The notes under the pieces: model-generated | Told to the model about the DNA's origin: nothing | Seen by the model: only the letters and a program-made list of their open reading frames with translations | Database searches by the model: none | Shown here: piece by piece, positions 1 through 12,283 of the stretch | Layout: each line of letters opens with the position of its first letter | Position numbering within the stretch: the first letter of the stretch is position 1 | Source of the DNA: Basidiobolus meristosporus CBS 931.73 | Taxonomy: Eukaryota; Fungi; Basidiobolomycota | NCBI GenBank assembly: GCA_002104905.1 | Contig: MCFE01000343.1 | Span: forward strand, 1 to 64,000 | Direction: 5' to 3' | Length of the DNA: 64,000 bases | Program-made: the position numbers and the translations under genes

Positions 1-1400
1 TGATGCATCATAGTAGCATCCATTGTGGCAATAGTAAGGCAAAACAGTTATACATCACCTACTCATTCATAGCAATGCAGTGTAGCACTGCTTCAGATTA
101 GTGTGATACCTTTTGGGTGTTTCTAAAGGACAAGCAGATTAGATAATCAAGGAAGCTGATATTGGAGACTTGTGCAGGTTTAGGGATACAACAATAGCTG
201 ATCTAGTGATAGTAATCACCAGAAATAGCATCATGTTGCCGGACTTTACTAAGAAATGCTTTGCTAAAATTACATTGTGGCTGCCTTGCATACACTAACT
301 AAGTTGGTGTACAACCTATTAGCTGAGCACTGTGACAACATGTATATTTCCACCACTTAGAGTGACTTATGTATGCTTCATAGTTATAATTACATTGATT
401 TTTAGACAGTCTGTATATGCCAAACTCACAGCTTAGCCGCTGAATGGTAATCATTGTTGTATCTACACACAGGCTTGGTAACCCTTTGTTTAACAGTCAG
501 CTAGCATAGAGTCCCTTTGCCCTTTTGAATTTAGTTCTTTGAGCTTTCTCCAGTAGCTAACTTATGCTCAGTAGAAAAGTAGTTAAAGATGAGCAAAATA
601 CCATTGTAATATTTACTGAACTCAGTGCTTAATGGAGCTAATAAATATCAATATCTCTGGCCCTAGCTATTGAGCAGACAAGAGGAATAGACACTAACAG
701 GAGGCTAGACCAAACAACAGACACATCAATTTGCCAATAAGTTGCATAAAACTTTCATCAATATCACTGAATAGAAATAAGAAGGAAAGCACCCGTTGAG
801 TGCCAGATAAGTACCCTTGGAATAAAAGTCAAATACCAACACATTATCAGAAGAGTTGCAAGTTTCAGATTGCTCATGGTGGAACAAGTACTCACTCATG
901 TGTTTTAGTGAACATTTATCAACTCTGACCACTCAGAGGGTTGCAAAATAGTACAAGTCTATAGGAGGCTTAAAAACAAGCAAAATCAACAGTTACAAGC
1001 AAGTTAGAAGTCATGTAACACAAGCAGCACCTATACTGCATTCACTGGCCATAGAGGAAGAGCAGAAATACTCTGGTTTTTACAACATCTACACATGACT
1101 TTGGAGAAGGACTAATCATACCTTCACTGCTTTAAAAGAAGCATTAATCTATATTCATGTAGCACACTACATATGCAAAGTTTTGAAAGTGCAACTGGAT
1201 GATTTCATGGTATCTTAGTCTTTAAAGGGGCATATTTTTCCAATATAATCTGGAGCCCCAATGCATCTGTAGACATGACTGATTTGATTGAGAGTTGCTG
1301 ATTGATGGCTAAAAGTATCAGCAAGTTGATGGCTAGCACAATAGTAACAGATTAATACAATGGAGCAAAAAAATGAGGCATTATGCACAACTACAACACT
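1..1400. mobile_element. Decayed CpG-depleted sequence, probably an old transposon remnant (family not identifiable)
   Basis: Very few CG dinucleotides, excess TG/CA, no long ORF; same compositional signature as the identifiable TE remnants at 18-64 kb. No diagnostic motif recognised. Confidence 0.3.
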
Positions 1401-1950
1401 TGTTTACTCTGACAATCAAAACTATCTATCAACCATGCAAAGATACACTCCAAAGATGGTAACAAGAATAAATATAATAAGAACAACATATATAAATATG
1501 AAGGATAAGAGGTCCTTGCCGATATGACCATATTACGGATGTGCAATACCAAAGAATAAAGTTTATATATATGCTATCCCTAGTAAGCTATCCATAGTAA
1601 TCTATACAGAGTAGCATAAGAAAACAGATAAAGTGCCTAATTGAAGGTTGCTTCATACGGCTATAAGAGTCGCGTGTGATTTTGTCAAAAGTAGAAAGAA
1701 CAATTCGTTCCAGCTCATTGTTACTCTTTACTCATATACCTCTGCATGCATTCATTCAGATAAGAAGAAAGAATCACTACGGCATTAAATTACGTTTAGA
1801 GGCCCAAGCCACGCACACTATCGAGTTATATTGCACTCACCACACATACGCCAAGTAGCAAAAATCTATTCATGTGCATAGGCCAGTTGTTTTATAAGAG
1901 TGAATGTAAGCCTCGAATATACGTACTCATCGGTTTTATTGTCAAGAATA

Positions 1951-2109
1951 TTAATGAAGTTGAATGGAGTATATTGCATCCTCCGTATCCCCCGTAGCGC
2001 CCATATCCCCAACGCCCTCCATAACCTTCTCGTCCCCAGTATCCACGGGCCTTCCAAAGGCACTGGCGACCATTAGTAGAGCACAAGCTGCGGTAGGTTG
2101 CTTGTACAT
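1951..2109 (-). pseudogene. GYRW-peptide copy A: internal deletion joins the signal peptide to the out-of-frame core (52-aa ORF MYKQPTAACALLMVASAFGRPVDTGDEKVMEGVGDMGATGDTEDAIYSIQLH)
   Basis: Signal region nearly identical to copy F; junction CCCGTGGAT|ACTGGGGACG skips the whole pro-region; YWGR..YGGRWGYGRYGGYGGC is still readable in another frame. Confidence 0.8.
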
Positions 2110-2582
2110 TGTGAATGTTGAACACTCGATTTATATACTAAACCAGGTTAATAGACATTGCATCTAGGACACTTCGCAGAATTGATGGGTTTCAGTCGAA
2201 TCTATGTTACAAGCATTAGGAAGCTTTGTGCTAGCTCTATTATACTGTTGTTAGTAAGATAAGGACAAGCATACTGATGAAGTAAGTATGTGTGTTTCCA
2301 CTAACGTGGCCGGTAAACATGCTGCGAAAAAGAAACACTTCGATTGACTGCCAAACTGTTGATACCCACCTACACATCCACTACCACAACCTATCTGACT
2401 TGTTATCCCTACTGCAGCTTGAGGAACTATGAAAACTGCAGCTTGATGAACTATACTAACATCACCGAGTGGCTTCTGTTAATTACGATGAGGCTTAGTA
2501 TGGGGCGTTGCCTATTGAAAGTATGAAGTTGAGCATGAAACATTGACAATGTGATGTTTATTTAAGGTAAGGATGTGGTGAA

Positions 2583-2989
2583 TTAGCAACCCCAGTCGCA
2601 TCCACCGTAGCCTCCATAGCCAACATAGCCACCATATCCCCAACTGCCTCCGTAGGCACCATAACGACCGTAACGTCCTCGTCTCCAGTATCTACTCCCC
2701 TGTATTCCATAGCCACCATATCTACCCCAAAGCTTGGCCTCTTCAGAGTCAGTGTCTTCACTTGTTCATCTGCCAACCCACCGCCTGACATTTGGCCGAA
2801 TATGTCGTCAAGAATGGCGCGAGTATCTTCGTCTTTTGTGGATTGAAATTGTGATATCATTTTGCCGCTTTGTGGGTCTCGGATGGAGATGGAAGCACTT
2901 GCTATATTGGTCACTTCTGTCTACACAGGAATCGCCATCGCATACGAAGCGATTAAGAGAGTAATGGTGATGAAGAAGTGCAGGTGCAT
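2583..2989 (-). pseudogene. GYRW-peptide copy B (copy-C subtype) with premature stop and frameshift
   Basis: ATG at 2989 gives MHLHFFITITLLIASYAMAIPV* (CAG->TAG at 2921-2923). A 13-nt deletion relative to copy C (GAAGTGTCTCCTA) shifts the core out of frame. Confidence 0.85.
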
Positions 2990-4187
2990 TTTGAATCTGA
3001 ATGAAGGAGTTGAGCGGATTGTACATATTAGCCACATATTGAGGATACCGCTGTTGATTGTGTGGACCAAATTTTGACTCCAGTTGCAGCCATCTCCATG
3101 TCCCAATGTGCCCCAGAAACGTAGCGTCCTAATCTCCTTCCGTTGCTGCCATAACTCCCTCCACATCTTCAGGAATGGAATGATGATGAAGCTTGATAAA
3201 CCTATCTAGTTACATCCAACTCCAGTATTTATTCCTAGCCGGTTACTCATGCCACAGCACGCCCTGAAGTATATATGGAGTCAGTGTATAGCTCAGCTGA
3301 ACGGTGGTATACGAAATATAAAGATTATTGTACTTCTGTACTTATACAATATATTCCCTTGTAGTGCATATAGTTCGTTTGATATTCGTATAAGCTGGTT
3401 CAAGTATTGAAGGATTCTTATCAAGCAACGTCCATTTATTAAGTGATCATTTTTAGTTGTATAGTCTCATTTGTGAATATCTCCAATGAGTTGTAGCAAG
3501 CGTGTTCAAATATTAGGACATTGTAGAAAACATATACCACAAAGTCCACCAACATGCTTTATGCTACAAAGGTATCTATTGTGAGGTCAGGAATAAGTTT
3601 ACCGACTTTATATTTTACCAGTAGAGCAAAAGCTATGGAAAGCTCTTATATTCACTTAGCAATAGTCAACATAGAACCAACATACTGTATGAATATATCC
3701 TATAGCTACCTGAAGTGGGAATACAAAGCAAGTCATGTGTTGGAATTTGCTATGAGTACCAAGAAATAATGCTTGTTGCTTGGCTGATGTCATGTTTATG
3801 CTTAGTGAGCTGAATAGTGAAAGCATCTCCGAAAGACTGCTGGAGTACTGTACAAAGCCTGCCAATCTCTCAGTATATCGAGACTTCAGCCATACCTGTG
3901 AAGGAAGAGCTGGGGATAGCAGTGAGTATTTCTGCTAAGAATGCTGAAAAGATAATGGTTCTTTGAAACCTTATGGACTTCTATACACCAGAGATATGAT
4001 GGTTGAAGTGTCAGTCAGTGATCAGAGTGTAAGTAATGATGTGATAGATACTCCAGCATGAGTGTATTTATCTACCATAGCCACCAAGGTTAGATACACT
4101 CCACAAAGCTCAGAGGGTAAAAAATCTTATCCTGTTTTGAGGCAGACGATTTTGAACCAGAATCCTCGTATGAAAGGCTTATCTACG

Positions 4188-4234
4188 CATCAACGGGGCA
4201 TCAACGGGGCATCAACGGGGCATCAACGGGGCAT
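4188..4234 (+). repeat. 11-bp tandem repeat (CATCAACGGGG)x4
   Basis: Four perfect units; the paralogous site at ~7418 has one unit plus a diverged one. Confidence 0.9.
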
Positions 4235-4506
4235 TATCTTTCAGCACCACTATCAGTCATATGCCTAACGGTAAGACTATAGAGATTTCAATGAGTTATT
4301 TCACTCTACGATTATATGCATGCATTCAATCAAAGCAACTATGCCATTTGTTTACGTATCGAAATCCAAGCCACACACACTATAACAAGTCATACACACG
4401 ATAAAGTTGTATATTATTCCCCTTCATTATCTTAGTAACTCTGCTTATCCCCTTATGGCTCTACACAATCTTCTTTAATATTCGATTCAACGGTGAAGTA
4501 CTCACA

Positions 4507-4764
4507 ATACGACTCAATACCGTTCTCTCCTCCTTAAACATGGTACTGCCAACCTGCGTATCAACCTTGACTCATGGCAGCACGTGACTGCCGGGCCATT
4601 GGATACCGTAAGCATAACTCCCGGACCACCCGGCACCTCTGCCAAAGCAATCCTGTACCTTTCTCTGCAAGATTGCAACAGGAAAAGGTTCAGGTTTGCT
4701 GCGATTACCTCGAAACTACGGAAAAGAAGTGACCGTTGGAGCAGTGAGAGTCTCTGCTAACTAG
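4507..4764 (+). pseudogene. Secreted partner protein pseudogene 1 (internal deletion, ATG->ATA)
   Basis: Aligns to 12284-12710 but lacks ~150 nt including the intron; start codon lost; frameshifted. Confidence 0.8.
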
Positions 4765-4889
4765 CATTCTCAATAAGAGTCATAATCACATGGCCATTCA
4801 CTATCAATAGATAAAATGCAACGGTACTTTATTCAAGCACACAGACAAGCTGTGCTGTTGGAGTGAATGAAAACCTTGATTCTTATTAT

Positions 4890-5292
4890 TCAGCAACCCC
4901 GGTCGCATCCACCGTACCCTCCATATCCCCCGTAGCGCCCATATCCCCATCGACCTCCATAACCACCGTAGCGAACGTAACGTCCTTGTCCCCAGTATCT
5001 CCCCCATAGCTCGGCCTCTTTAGGATCGCCCTCCTCTTCCTCGACTCCTTGGTCGGCGCCTTGCTTGCTCGAGAGAGTCTGATCGAACGTATTCCTTGAC
5101 ATCTGGCCGAGAATGCCATCGATATAATGTCAAATATTCTGCGCATCCTCTTCCTTGTTGGACGAGAACCTCTTCACCACTTGGCCGCTTTGTGGATCCC
5201 TATCGGGGATTTGTGCTTGACACATCCACAGGACTTCCAAAGGCACTGGCGACCATTAGTAGAGCACAGGCTGCGGTAAGTTGCTTGTACAT
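4890..5292 (-). pseudogene. GYRW-peptide copy D (copy-F subtype)
   Basis: 17-nt deletion (GTAGCGAGCGCGTCCAT) gives an early TAG; additional CGA->TGA; in-frame 30-nt deletion in the core between two AGATAC repeats. Confidence 0.85.
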
Positions 5293-5985
5293 TGTGAATG
5301 TTGAATACTCCAATAAAGCTCAGCACCAGCCTTTATATAAAGATACAGCATTTGGCCAAAACGGAGGTTTATAGATATCGCATCTTATGATGGGTTTCGG
5401 ACGAACGATGTATTGTATTTTGCATCTATTCTACAGGCATTAGCAAGATACAATAAGAGCTTCTAGAATAGTGAACTAGCTCTAGTATATACTAATTAAG
5501 CTAAGAACACATAAGCATTATATTAGTAGTAGTCAGGTCATTATATACTATAGAAAGCAGAATATAAAGTAAAATGGTTTGTACTAAGTACACTGATGGG
5601 CACTTTGATACTTTCCAAGGAAACTTTCATAATGATGAATCTCTATTGTGGACCAAGGAGACATAGATCCACTCACAACTACAGCACCACATGAATATGA
5701 GAAAGCTATAGATGGCATTCATGGAAGATCAGGCAAGTGTGAAGCGAAAAAAAAGACTTTACTAACAGTACACCATTAAAAGATAAAAATTGACAGCATT
5801 TAAAGGTAAAGATTTATGAAGATAATTGACTGCCAAACTGCAATAAGACTTATCTTTGCCTAGACATCCACCTTATCCATACACATATCTGACTTTCTCT
5901 CCCAACTGCGGCTTGGTAAACATCACTGATTAATTACGATGAGCATTGGCATTGTGATGTTTATTAAACGTAAGGATGTAGTGCA

Positions 5986-6405
5986 TTAGCAACCCCAGTC
6001 GCATCCACCATAGCCACCATATCCCCCGTAGCGCCCATATCCCCATCGGCCTCCGTAGCCACCATAGCGACCGTAACGTCCTCGTCCCCAGTATCTGCTC
6101 CCCCACCTTCCATAGCCACCATATCTACCCCAAAGCTCGGCCTCTTCAGAGTCAGTGTCTTCACTTGTAGGAGACACTTCTTCATCTGCCAACCCACCGC
6201 CTGACATTTGGCCGAATATGTCGTCAAGAATGGCGCGAGCATCTTCGTCTTTTGTGGACTGGAATTGTGTTATCATTTTGCCACTTTGTGGGTCCCGGAT
6301 GGAGATGGAAGCACTTGCTACATTGGTTGCTTCTGGCTGCACAGGGGTTGCCACCGCATATGAGGCAATTAGGAGAGCAAAGGTGACGGAGAAGTGCTTG
6401 TACAT
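5986..6405 (-). CDS. Intact secreted Gly/Tyr/Arg/Trp-rich prepropeptide, copy C (139 aa)
   Basis: ATG in TTCACAATG context with a TATA box upstream. MYKHFSVTFALLIASYAVA signal peptide, acidic pro-region ending EEAE, core LWGRYGGYGRWGSRYWGRGRYGRYGGYGGRWGYGRYGGYGGYGGCDWGC. Confidence 0.9.
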   Translation of the reverse strand: MYKHFSVTFALLIASYAVATPVQPEATNVASASISIRDPQSGKMITQFQSTKDEDARAILDDIFGQMSGGGLADEEVSPTSEDTDSEEAELWGRYGGYGRWGSRYWGRGRYGRYGGYGGRWGYGRYGGYGGYGGCDWGC

Positions 6406-6441
6406 TGTGAATCTGAATGAAGCACTTGAGCTGATTATGAG

Positions 6442-6449
6442 TATATATA
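6442..6449 (-). promoter_or_regulatory. TATA box of copy C
   Basis: TATATATA ~37 nt upstream of the ATG; equivalent position to TATATAAA upstream of copies F, D and H. Confidence 0.6.
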
Positions 6450-7773
6450 CCCGCACAGCATTAAAGACACTCAACTTTACCTCTGCTTTCAGTGGGAAGC
6501 GCTGCGGGTGATCCATTTGGTCGTTCAATAGAAACTGCTTAGTGGCTCTTCATTCAATCAAACACGCATAACACAACAAAAAGCTTAAAAAGATCATTTG
6601 TTTAGCAGATATGCTACAGGTTAGCCACCTCCATATTAACCATATGCTAATATTGATTGTGTGAACTTCCAGTTGCAGTCATCTCCATGTACCAATGTAT
6701 CCTGTCACTGTAGCGTCATTATCCCTTTCTGTTGATGCCATAGATTCCTTTATATCTTCATATTTACTGAAGAATGGCATGATTGATGACATCTCTTGAG
6801 CCAACTCCAGCATTTATTCCCAGTCGGTTACACATACAGTTAACCTGCCGCAGTAAATCCTGAAGTATATACTTGGCCGGTGTATGGTAAGCGGAATTAG
6901 TAAGCTCCAAGTTAGGCTGCGATAATATAAAAATTAGTGTACTTATCGAATATATTCTCACTGCATATAGCTTGTTGTAAGTTCATGCTAGCTGATATTG
7001 GAAGGGGTTGCGGTTCAAGCACTGAGAACTAGCTGCAATCATTATTACTAAATGACAACCATTGATCATAGCAATGAGTGCTGAGGTCAGAGTATTTCTG
7101 CTGAAAATACTGAGGAGATAATGGTTCTGTGAAAATGACTACGACAAACCTTATGATCTTCTATACACCAGAGATATGATGGTTTAAGTGTCAGTCAGTG
7201 ATCAGAGTGTAAGTAATAACTTGACTAGTAGCTTGATGTGATAGATACTCCAGCATGAGTGTATTGATCTACCATAGCCGTCATGGTTAATAAGCAAACG
7301 CTCAAAAGATACACTCCACAAAGCTCAGATGGTCACAAGATCTTGTCTTGGTCAAAATCCGTGTTTGAGGCAGACGATTTTGAACCAGAATCCTCGTATG
7401 AAAGGCTTATCTACGCATCAACGGGGCATCAACTGGGTATCATCTGTCAGCACCACTATCAGTCATATGCCTAACGGTAAGACTATAGAGATTTCAATGA
7501 GTTATTTCACTCTACGAACATATGCATGCATTCAATCAGGTTTTGCACTTATAGCAACTATGACGTTTTGAAGTCTTTCTATGTTACTAGTAGCAAGGAA
7601 CGGGCTCTCTTGGCTAGAAACTGAAGTAATCATATGCGTACTCCCAAGACTGAAAAAAGTACTCTAATAGAATATTCCCCTTCTCTGCCTGTCTCTCCTT
7701 GCCAACAGTGCTTATCCCCTTATAGCTCTATACAATCGTATTTAATATTCGATTTAACGGTAAAACACACACA

Positions 7774-8008
7774 GTGCGATTCAATACCGTTCTCTGCTCC
7801 TTAACCGTGGCACTGCTAACCCGCGTATCAACCTCGGCTCATGCTAGCATGTGACCGGTAGATACCGCAAGCATCACTTCCGGACCATCCAGCACCTCCG
7901 CTAAAGTAATCCTGTACCCTTCTCTGTAAGATTGCAACAGGAAAAGGAACAGGATTGTTGCGACTACCTCCAAATAACGGAAAAGAAGCAGGTGTCTCAG
8001 CCAACCAG
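7774..8008 (+). pseudogene. Secreted partner protein pseudogene 2
   Basis: Same internal deletion as pseudogene 1; ATG->GTG; internal TAG/TAA stops. Confidence 0.8.
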
Positions 8009-8136
8009 CATTCACAATAAGAGTTATAAAGAATACATCCCATCGAATTATACATACGGCCATTCACTATCGGTAGATAAAATGCGACAGTACTTTATTC
8101 GTTGCTGGAGTGAATGAAAGCCTTAACTCTTATTAT

Positions 8137-8318
8137 TCAGCAACCCCAGTCGCATCCACCATAGCCTCTATATCCCTACCGACCTCCATAACCACCGTAG
8201 CGACCGTAGCGTCCTCGTCCCCAGTATCTGCCCCTCCACCACCCATACCCGCCGTATCTCCCATATAGCTGGGCCTCTTCACGATTGCCATCCTCTTCCT
8301 CGACTCCTTGGTTGGCAT
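8137..8318 (-). pseudogene. GYRW-peptide copy E, 5'-truncated
   Basis: F-type pro-region end and core (EEEDGNREEAQLYGRYGGYG...) fused at ~8318 directly to sequence homologous to the upstream region of copies B/C (GCCATCTCCATGT). Confidence 0.8.
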
Positions 8319-9730
8319 TCGCCATCTCCATGTGTCCTATCACCGTATCCCCTTCCGTTGCTGCCACAACTCATATTCATTAAAGAGTGGCATGGTTGAT
8401 TAAAACATTTATCACATATCTTGAACCTATCTAGTTACATCCATGTATTCCTAGTCGGTTACGCATAAAGTCAACCTGCCGCAGTACATCCTCAAGTATA
8501 GGTCAGCTGAACGAGGAAAAAATAAGCTTAAAGTTAGGCTGCGATAGTATAAAATTAGTATACTTCCGTACTTATCTCACTGTGCATATGACTTGTTTGT
8601 AAGTAAGTTCATTGTAGGTGATATTGGCAGGGATTGCGGCTCAAGTACTGTTAACTGCCATAAGTATTCGGACTACTACTTTGTCATTCTTAGTTATATA
8701 GTGCCTGTTGTAAATATTTCAAATATTAAAGCATTGTGAAGAATGTTTGGTACTTGATATGGTACCTGAAGCTGACAGTGCAATACCGGTTCTGAAGTGT
8801 CCAGTCAACCAAGGGTTCTGGTGATATTTAAATGAGGAAAGCAGAGACCTATTGTACCTGGGCAGCCTGTAAGTAATTATCAATCATCAATTACATAAAG
8901 AACTGCTCACTAAGGAGTCGATGTAGGTTTAAAATCCCTACTGCAGGCTAACTCCAAGAGCCAACAGTATGGATCAAGGAGCTATCAGCACCATTCTATA
9001 TGCTGCAAGGTTATTTATTGCGAAAATATGAGTTGGAATGCTGCCTAGAACAAGTTTACTGAGCTTATGTTTTACCAGTAGCTTTAGAGCAATGGAGAGT
9101 TCCTACTCTTGCTTATCATTGTTCAAAATAACACCAAATTACTATATGAAGTAGAGTCCTATGCAGTACAATTGTATATCTGCTAGCTACCTGCAGTGGG
9201 AGTACAAAGCAAGTCATGTGTTGGTATTTGGCTTTCTGCAAAAGGTAATTAGTAACAAGAAATAATGACATGGCTTATATATGCTAGTGTGCTGTAATCA
9301 GCTAAACAGTACGGGCCTCTCTGAAAGACAGCTGGAGCACCGTACAAAGCATGCCAATGTCCCAGTATATTGAGACTTTAGCCATACCTGTGAAGGAAAC
9401 TGTTCATAACAGCAAGTGCTGAGGCCACTGCACTGCTGTTGAGAATACTGAAGAGATAATAATATTTTGAGTATGACTACAATGAACCTTATGATCGTCT
9501 ATGTAAGTATCAGTAGGTAATAACTTGGCAAGTGGAATGCTGCTAGCTTGATGTGATAGATGCTCCATCTTACCATCAGGCGCCAAAGTAAGTTTATTTA
9601 TCTATCATAGCCATCATGGTTATCGAACAAACGCTCAAAAGATACTCTCCACAAAGCTCAGATGGTCATAAGATCTTATCCGTGCTGTGGGGCAGACGAG
9701 AGGTTGAATCAGAATCCCCGTATGGAAGCC

Positions 9731-9927
9731 GGTGAGGGACTACCGTGGTAGGGAGTGATGGAGGTTCAATAGGACGTAATCCCCGTCCCTCATCGTGTAT
9801 CTCCCCGGTTTCGTCCCCACGTCTTTAGAAGAGTCTTCGAGAACCCCGACCTCGTGGAACCTTTCACTAAGCACCGATACTTACATTTCACTTGGGATAA
9901 ATACCTAAGTTGGTAAAGCCTTTCACC
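9731..9927. mobile_element. 197-bp insertion with short inverted ends (GGTGA...TCACC), MITE-like
   Basis: Absent from the paralogous sites at ~4170 and ~7400 (TATGAAAGGC|TTATCTAC); CpG-rich; no clear target-site duplication. Confidence 0.55.
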
Positions 9928-10325
9928 TTATCTACACATCAACTGGACGTGTCTTTCACCACCACTATCAGTAGTGGAAAGGCTATAAAGATTCGTGTTT
10001 TGTATAGATTTCCACAAGAGCCAGTGAGTTATTTCACTCTACAAATATATATGCATGCATTCAATCCGGTTTTACTCTTACAGCAAATAGAAACTCAAAT
10101 CACTCACACTATAACAAGTCGCTCATACTATACTATTGTAGTGCCCATACTTCACGTGATTTTAGTAGCAAGGAACGGGCTCTCTTGGCTAGAAACCGAA
10201 GTAAGGGTGATACTCCCCTTCATTGCCATGGTAACTCTGCCTATCTCTCCTTGCCTACCGTCCCTATCCCCTTATAGCTCTATACAATCCTCTTCAGTAT
10301 TCAATTCAACGGTGAAACACACACA

Positions 10326-10557
10326 ATGCGATTCAATAACGTTCTCTGCTCCTTAACCGTGGTACTGCTAACCCGAGTATCGATATCAGCTCTTGCCGGC
10401 ACGTGACCTGCGGACCGGCAGATACCGCAAGCATCACTTCCGGACCACCCAGCACCTCCGGCAAAGCAATCCTGTACCTTTCCTTGCAAGATTGCAACTA
10501 CCTCGAAGCAACGGAAAAGAAGTGACCGTTGGAGCAGTGAGAGTCTCTGCTAACTAG
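10326..10557 (+). pseudogene. Secreted partner protein pseudogene 3
   Basis: ATG kept (MRFNNVLCSLTVVLLTRVSISALAGT*), same deletion/frameshift, plus a further deletion near the C-terminus. Confidence 0.8.
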
Positions 10558-10682
10558 CATTCTCAATAAGAGTCACAATCACATGCCCATTCACTATCAA
10601 TAGATAAAATGCAACGATACTTTATTCAAGCACACAGACAAGCTGTGTTATTGGAGTGAATAAAAGCCTTGATTCTTATTAT

Positions 10683-11132
10683 TCAGCAACCCCAGTCGCA
10701 TCCACCATACCCTCCATATCCCCCGTAGCGCCCATATCCCCATCGACCTCCATAACCACCGTAGCGACCGTAGCGTCCTCGTCCCCAGTATCTGCCCCTC
10801 CGCCGCCCATATCCACCGTATCTCCCCCATAGCTGGGCCTCTTCTGGATTGCCCTCCTCTTCCTCGACATCTTGGTCGGCGTCTTGCTTATCCGAGAGGG
10901 TCTGATCGAACGTATTTCTTGACATCTGGCCGAGAATGCCATCGATGTAGTGTCGAATATTCTGCGCATCCTCTTCCTTGTTGGACGAGAACCTCTTCGC
11001 CACTTGGCCACTTTGTGGATCCCTATCGGAGATGGACGCGCTCGCTACATTTGTGCTTGACACATCTACGGGACTTCCAAAGGCACTGACGGCCATTAGT
11101 AGAGCACAAGCTGCGGTAAGTTGTTTGTACAT
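10683..11132 (-). CDS. Intact secreted Gly/Tyr/Arg/Trp-rich prepropeptide, copy F (149 aa)
   Basis: MYKQLTAACALLMAVSAFG signal peptide, a KR dibasic site, acidic pro-region ending EEEEGNPEEAQ, 49-aa core with 21 G, 10 Y, 10 R, 4 W ending CDWGC. TATATAAA at 11172-11179; AATAAA (minus strand) at 10621-10626. Confidence 0.9.
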   Translation of the reverse strand: MYKQLTAACALLMAVSAFGSPVDVSSTNVASASISDRDPQSGQVAKRFSSNKEEDAQNIRHYIDGILGQMSRNTFDQTLSDKQDADQDVEEEEGNPEEAQLWGRYGGYGRRRGRYWGRGRYGRYGGYGGRWGYGRYGGYGGYGGCDWGC

Positions 11133-11171
11133 TGTGAAAGTTGAATACTCCAATCAAGTTCAGCACCAGCC

Positions 11172-11179
11172 TTTATATA
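11172..11179 (-). promoter_or_regulatory. TATA box of copy F
   Basis: TATATAAA 40 nt upstream of the ATG; a TATAAA core is conserved at ~5331, ~13189 and ~15062. Confidence 0.65.
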
Positions 11180-11486
11180 CAGATACAAGATGGAGGTTGA
11201 TTGATATCGCATCTAGGAAGCTTCAATCAAATGATGTAGTATATTTCGGAGGCAACCACCGCAGCCAAAGTACAAACACTCGATTTCTGTTAACAACAAC
11301 ACTAGTCGTGGTATAGAGATTTCTATACTATGTTATATGAAAGTGGCAAGTATCTCGTAAACGGAAATGGGTAGATAAACAGCGAGAGCCTCAAAAGAGA
11401 GCCTCAAAAATTGTCATTTATTTTGCATGATTTAGAGTTGCGGATGATCGCAATATTCGTAGTAAGCTTAACAGCATGGTGTATTA

Positions 11487-11695
11487 AATTAGCATCCCAA
11501 ACAAGCCCTCCAAGTTCCCAGCGACCATCATGGTCCCCGAAGTGACCATAACGTCCTCGTCACCTGTTCACTCTGGTGCGAGCGTCTTCTTCCTACACAC
11601 CGCTTCCGGGCTTTGGAAAAGAGATGGACACACTTGCCACAATGGCTGTACCGGAATTTAAAAAGCATTAAAACGATGGAAAAGTACTTGCGCAA
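11487..11695 (-). pseudogene. Diverged GYRW-family remnant G1
   Basis: TTG-CGC-AAG-TAC-TTT-TCC resembles MYKHFS; AATGT(A/G)GCAAGTG segment conserved with copy C; core remnant RGRYGHFGDHDGRW. Confidence 0.6.
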
Positions 11696-12198
11696 GGTGA
11701 AAACCAAAGGATAAACGGAGCCTCCTCTTGTGTATCCTTAACATTGTCAATCCTATACCACCATTTGTCGTTCATCATCAAAAGGCATCACCACCACCTG
11801 CCTTCCTTCATCAGGAGACGAATGAGTGGGCTACCTATGTGTAACACTCAAAATTCCCTCGAACAAACCAAGAATGCACTCAATATTTATAGCCTCAGTG
11901 TAACAGAAACTACAACACTTTGTTTACGCCTAGATCGCACTCACCGTATTCCACGTAAGTCTCGCTATGATACTAATGGAAGTGAGCAGGCAAAGCATCC
12001 GCGCCACATATGCAGGCCAACATTAGTCATCCTGGTGTTATTGAACAATACAAGGATCAGCAGTTTCTCCTAAAAAAGAAGTGCTTAGCCCAAAGGCAAT
12101 TTGGAGTGAATGCGATACTACGGTATATAGTATAAAATATTCCGCTTCATCATCATGGTAGCTCAGCCTGTCTCTCCTTACAAGCCCGGCTAATTCCC

Positions 12199-12205
12199 TA
12201 TAAAA
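12199..12205 (+). promoter_or_regulatory. TATA box of the intact partner gene
   Basis: TATAAAA ~80 nt upstream of the ATG; retained at 14136-14142 and ~15652. Confidence 0.6.
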
Positions 12206-12283
12206 TCGCTTGTAATGCTTACCTTCTTCATCAGGAATACACACAAAAGCACTCACAGAAGCACACACACAAAAGCACTCACA

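Noticed and set aside
6406-6528. N-terminal extensions of the 180-aa and 156-aa ORFs
   Set aside because: Both start at TTG, and the copy-C extension runs through the TATA box; the conserved TTCAC(A/C)ATG start followed by a signal peptide is at 6405 and 11132.
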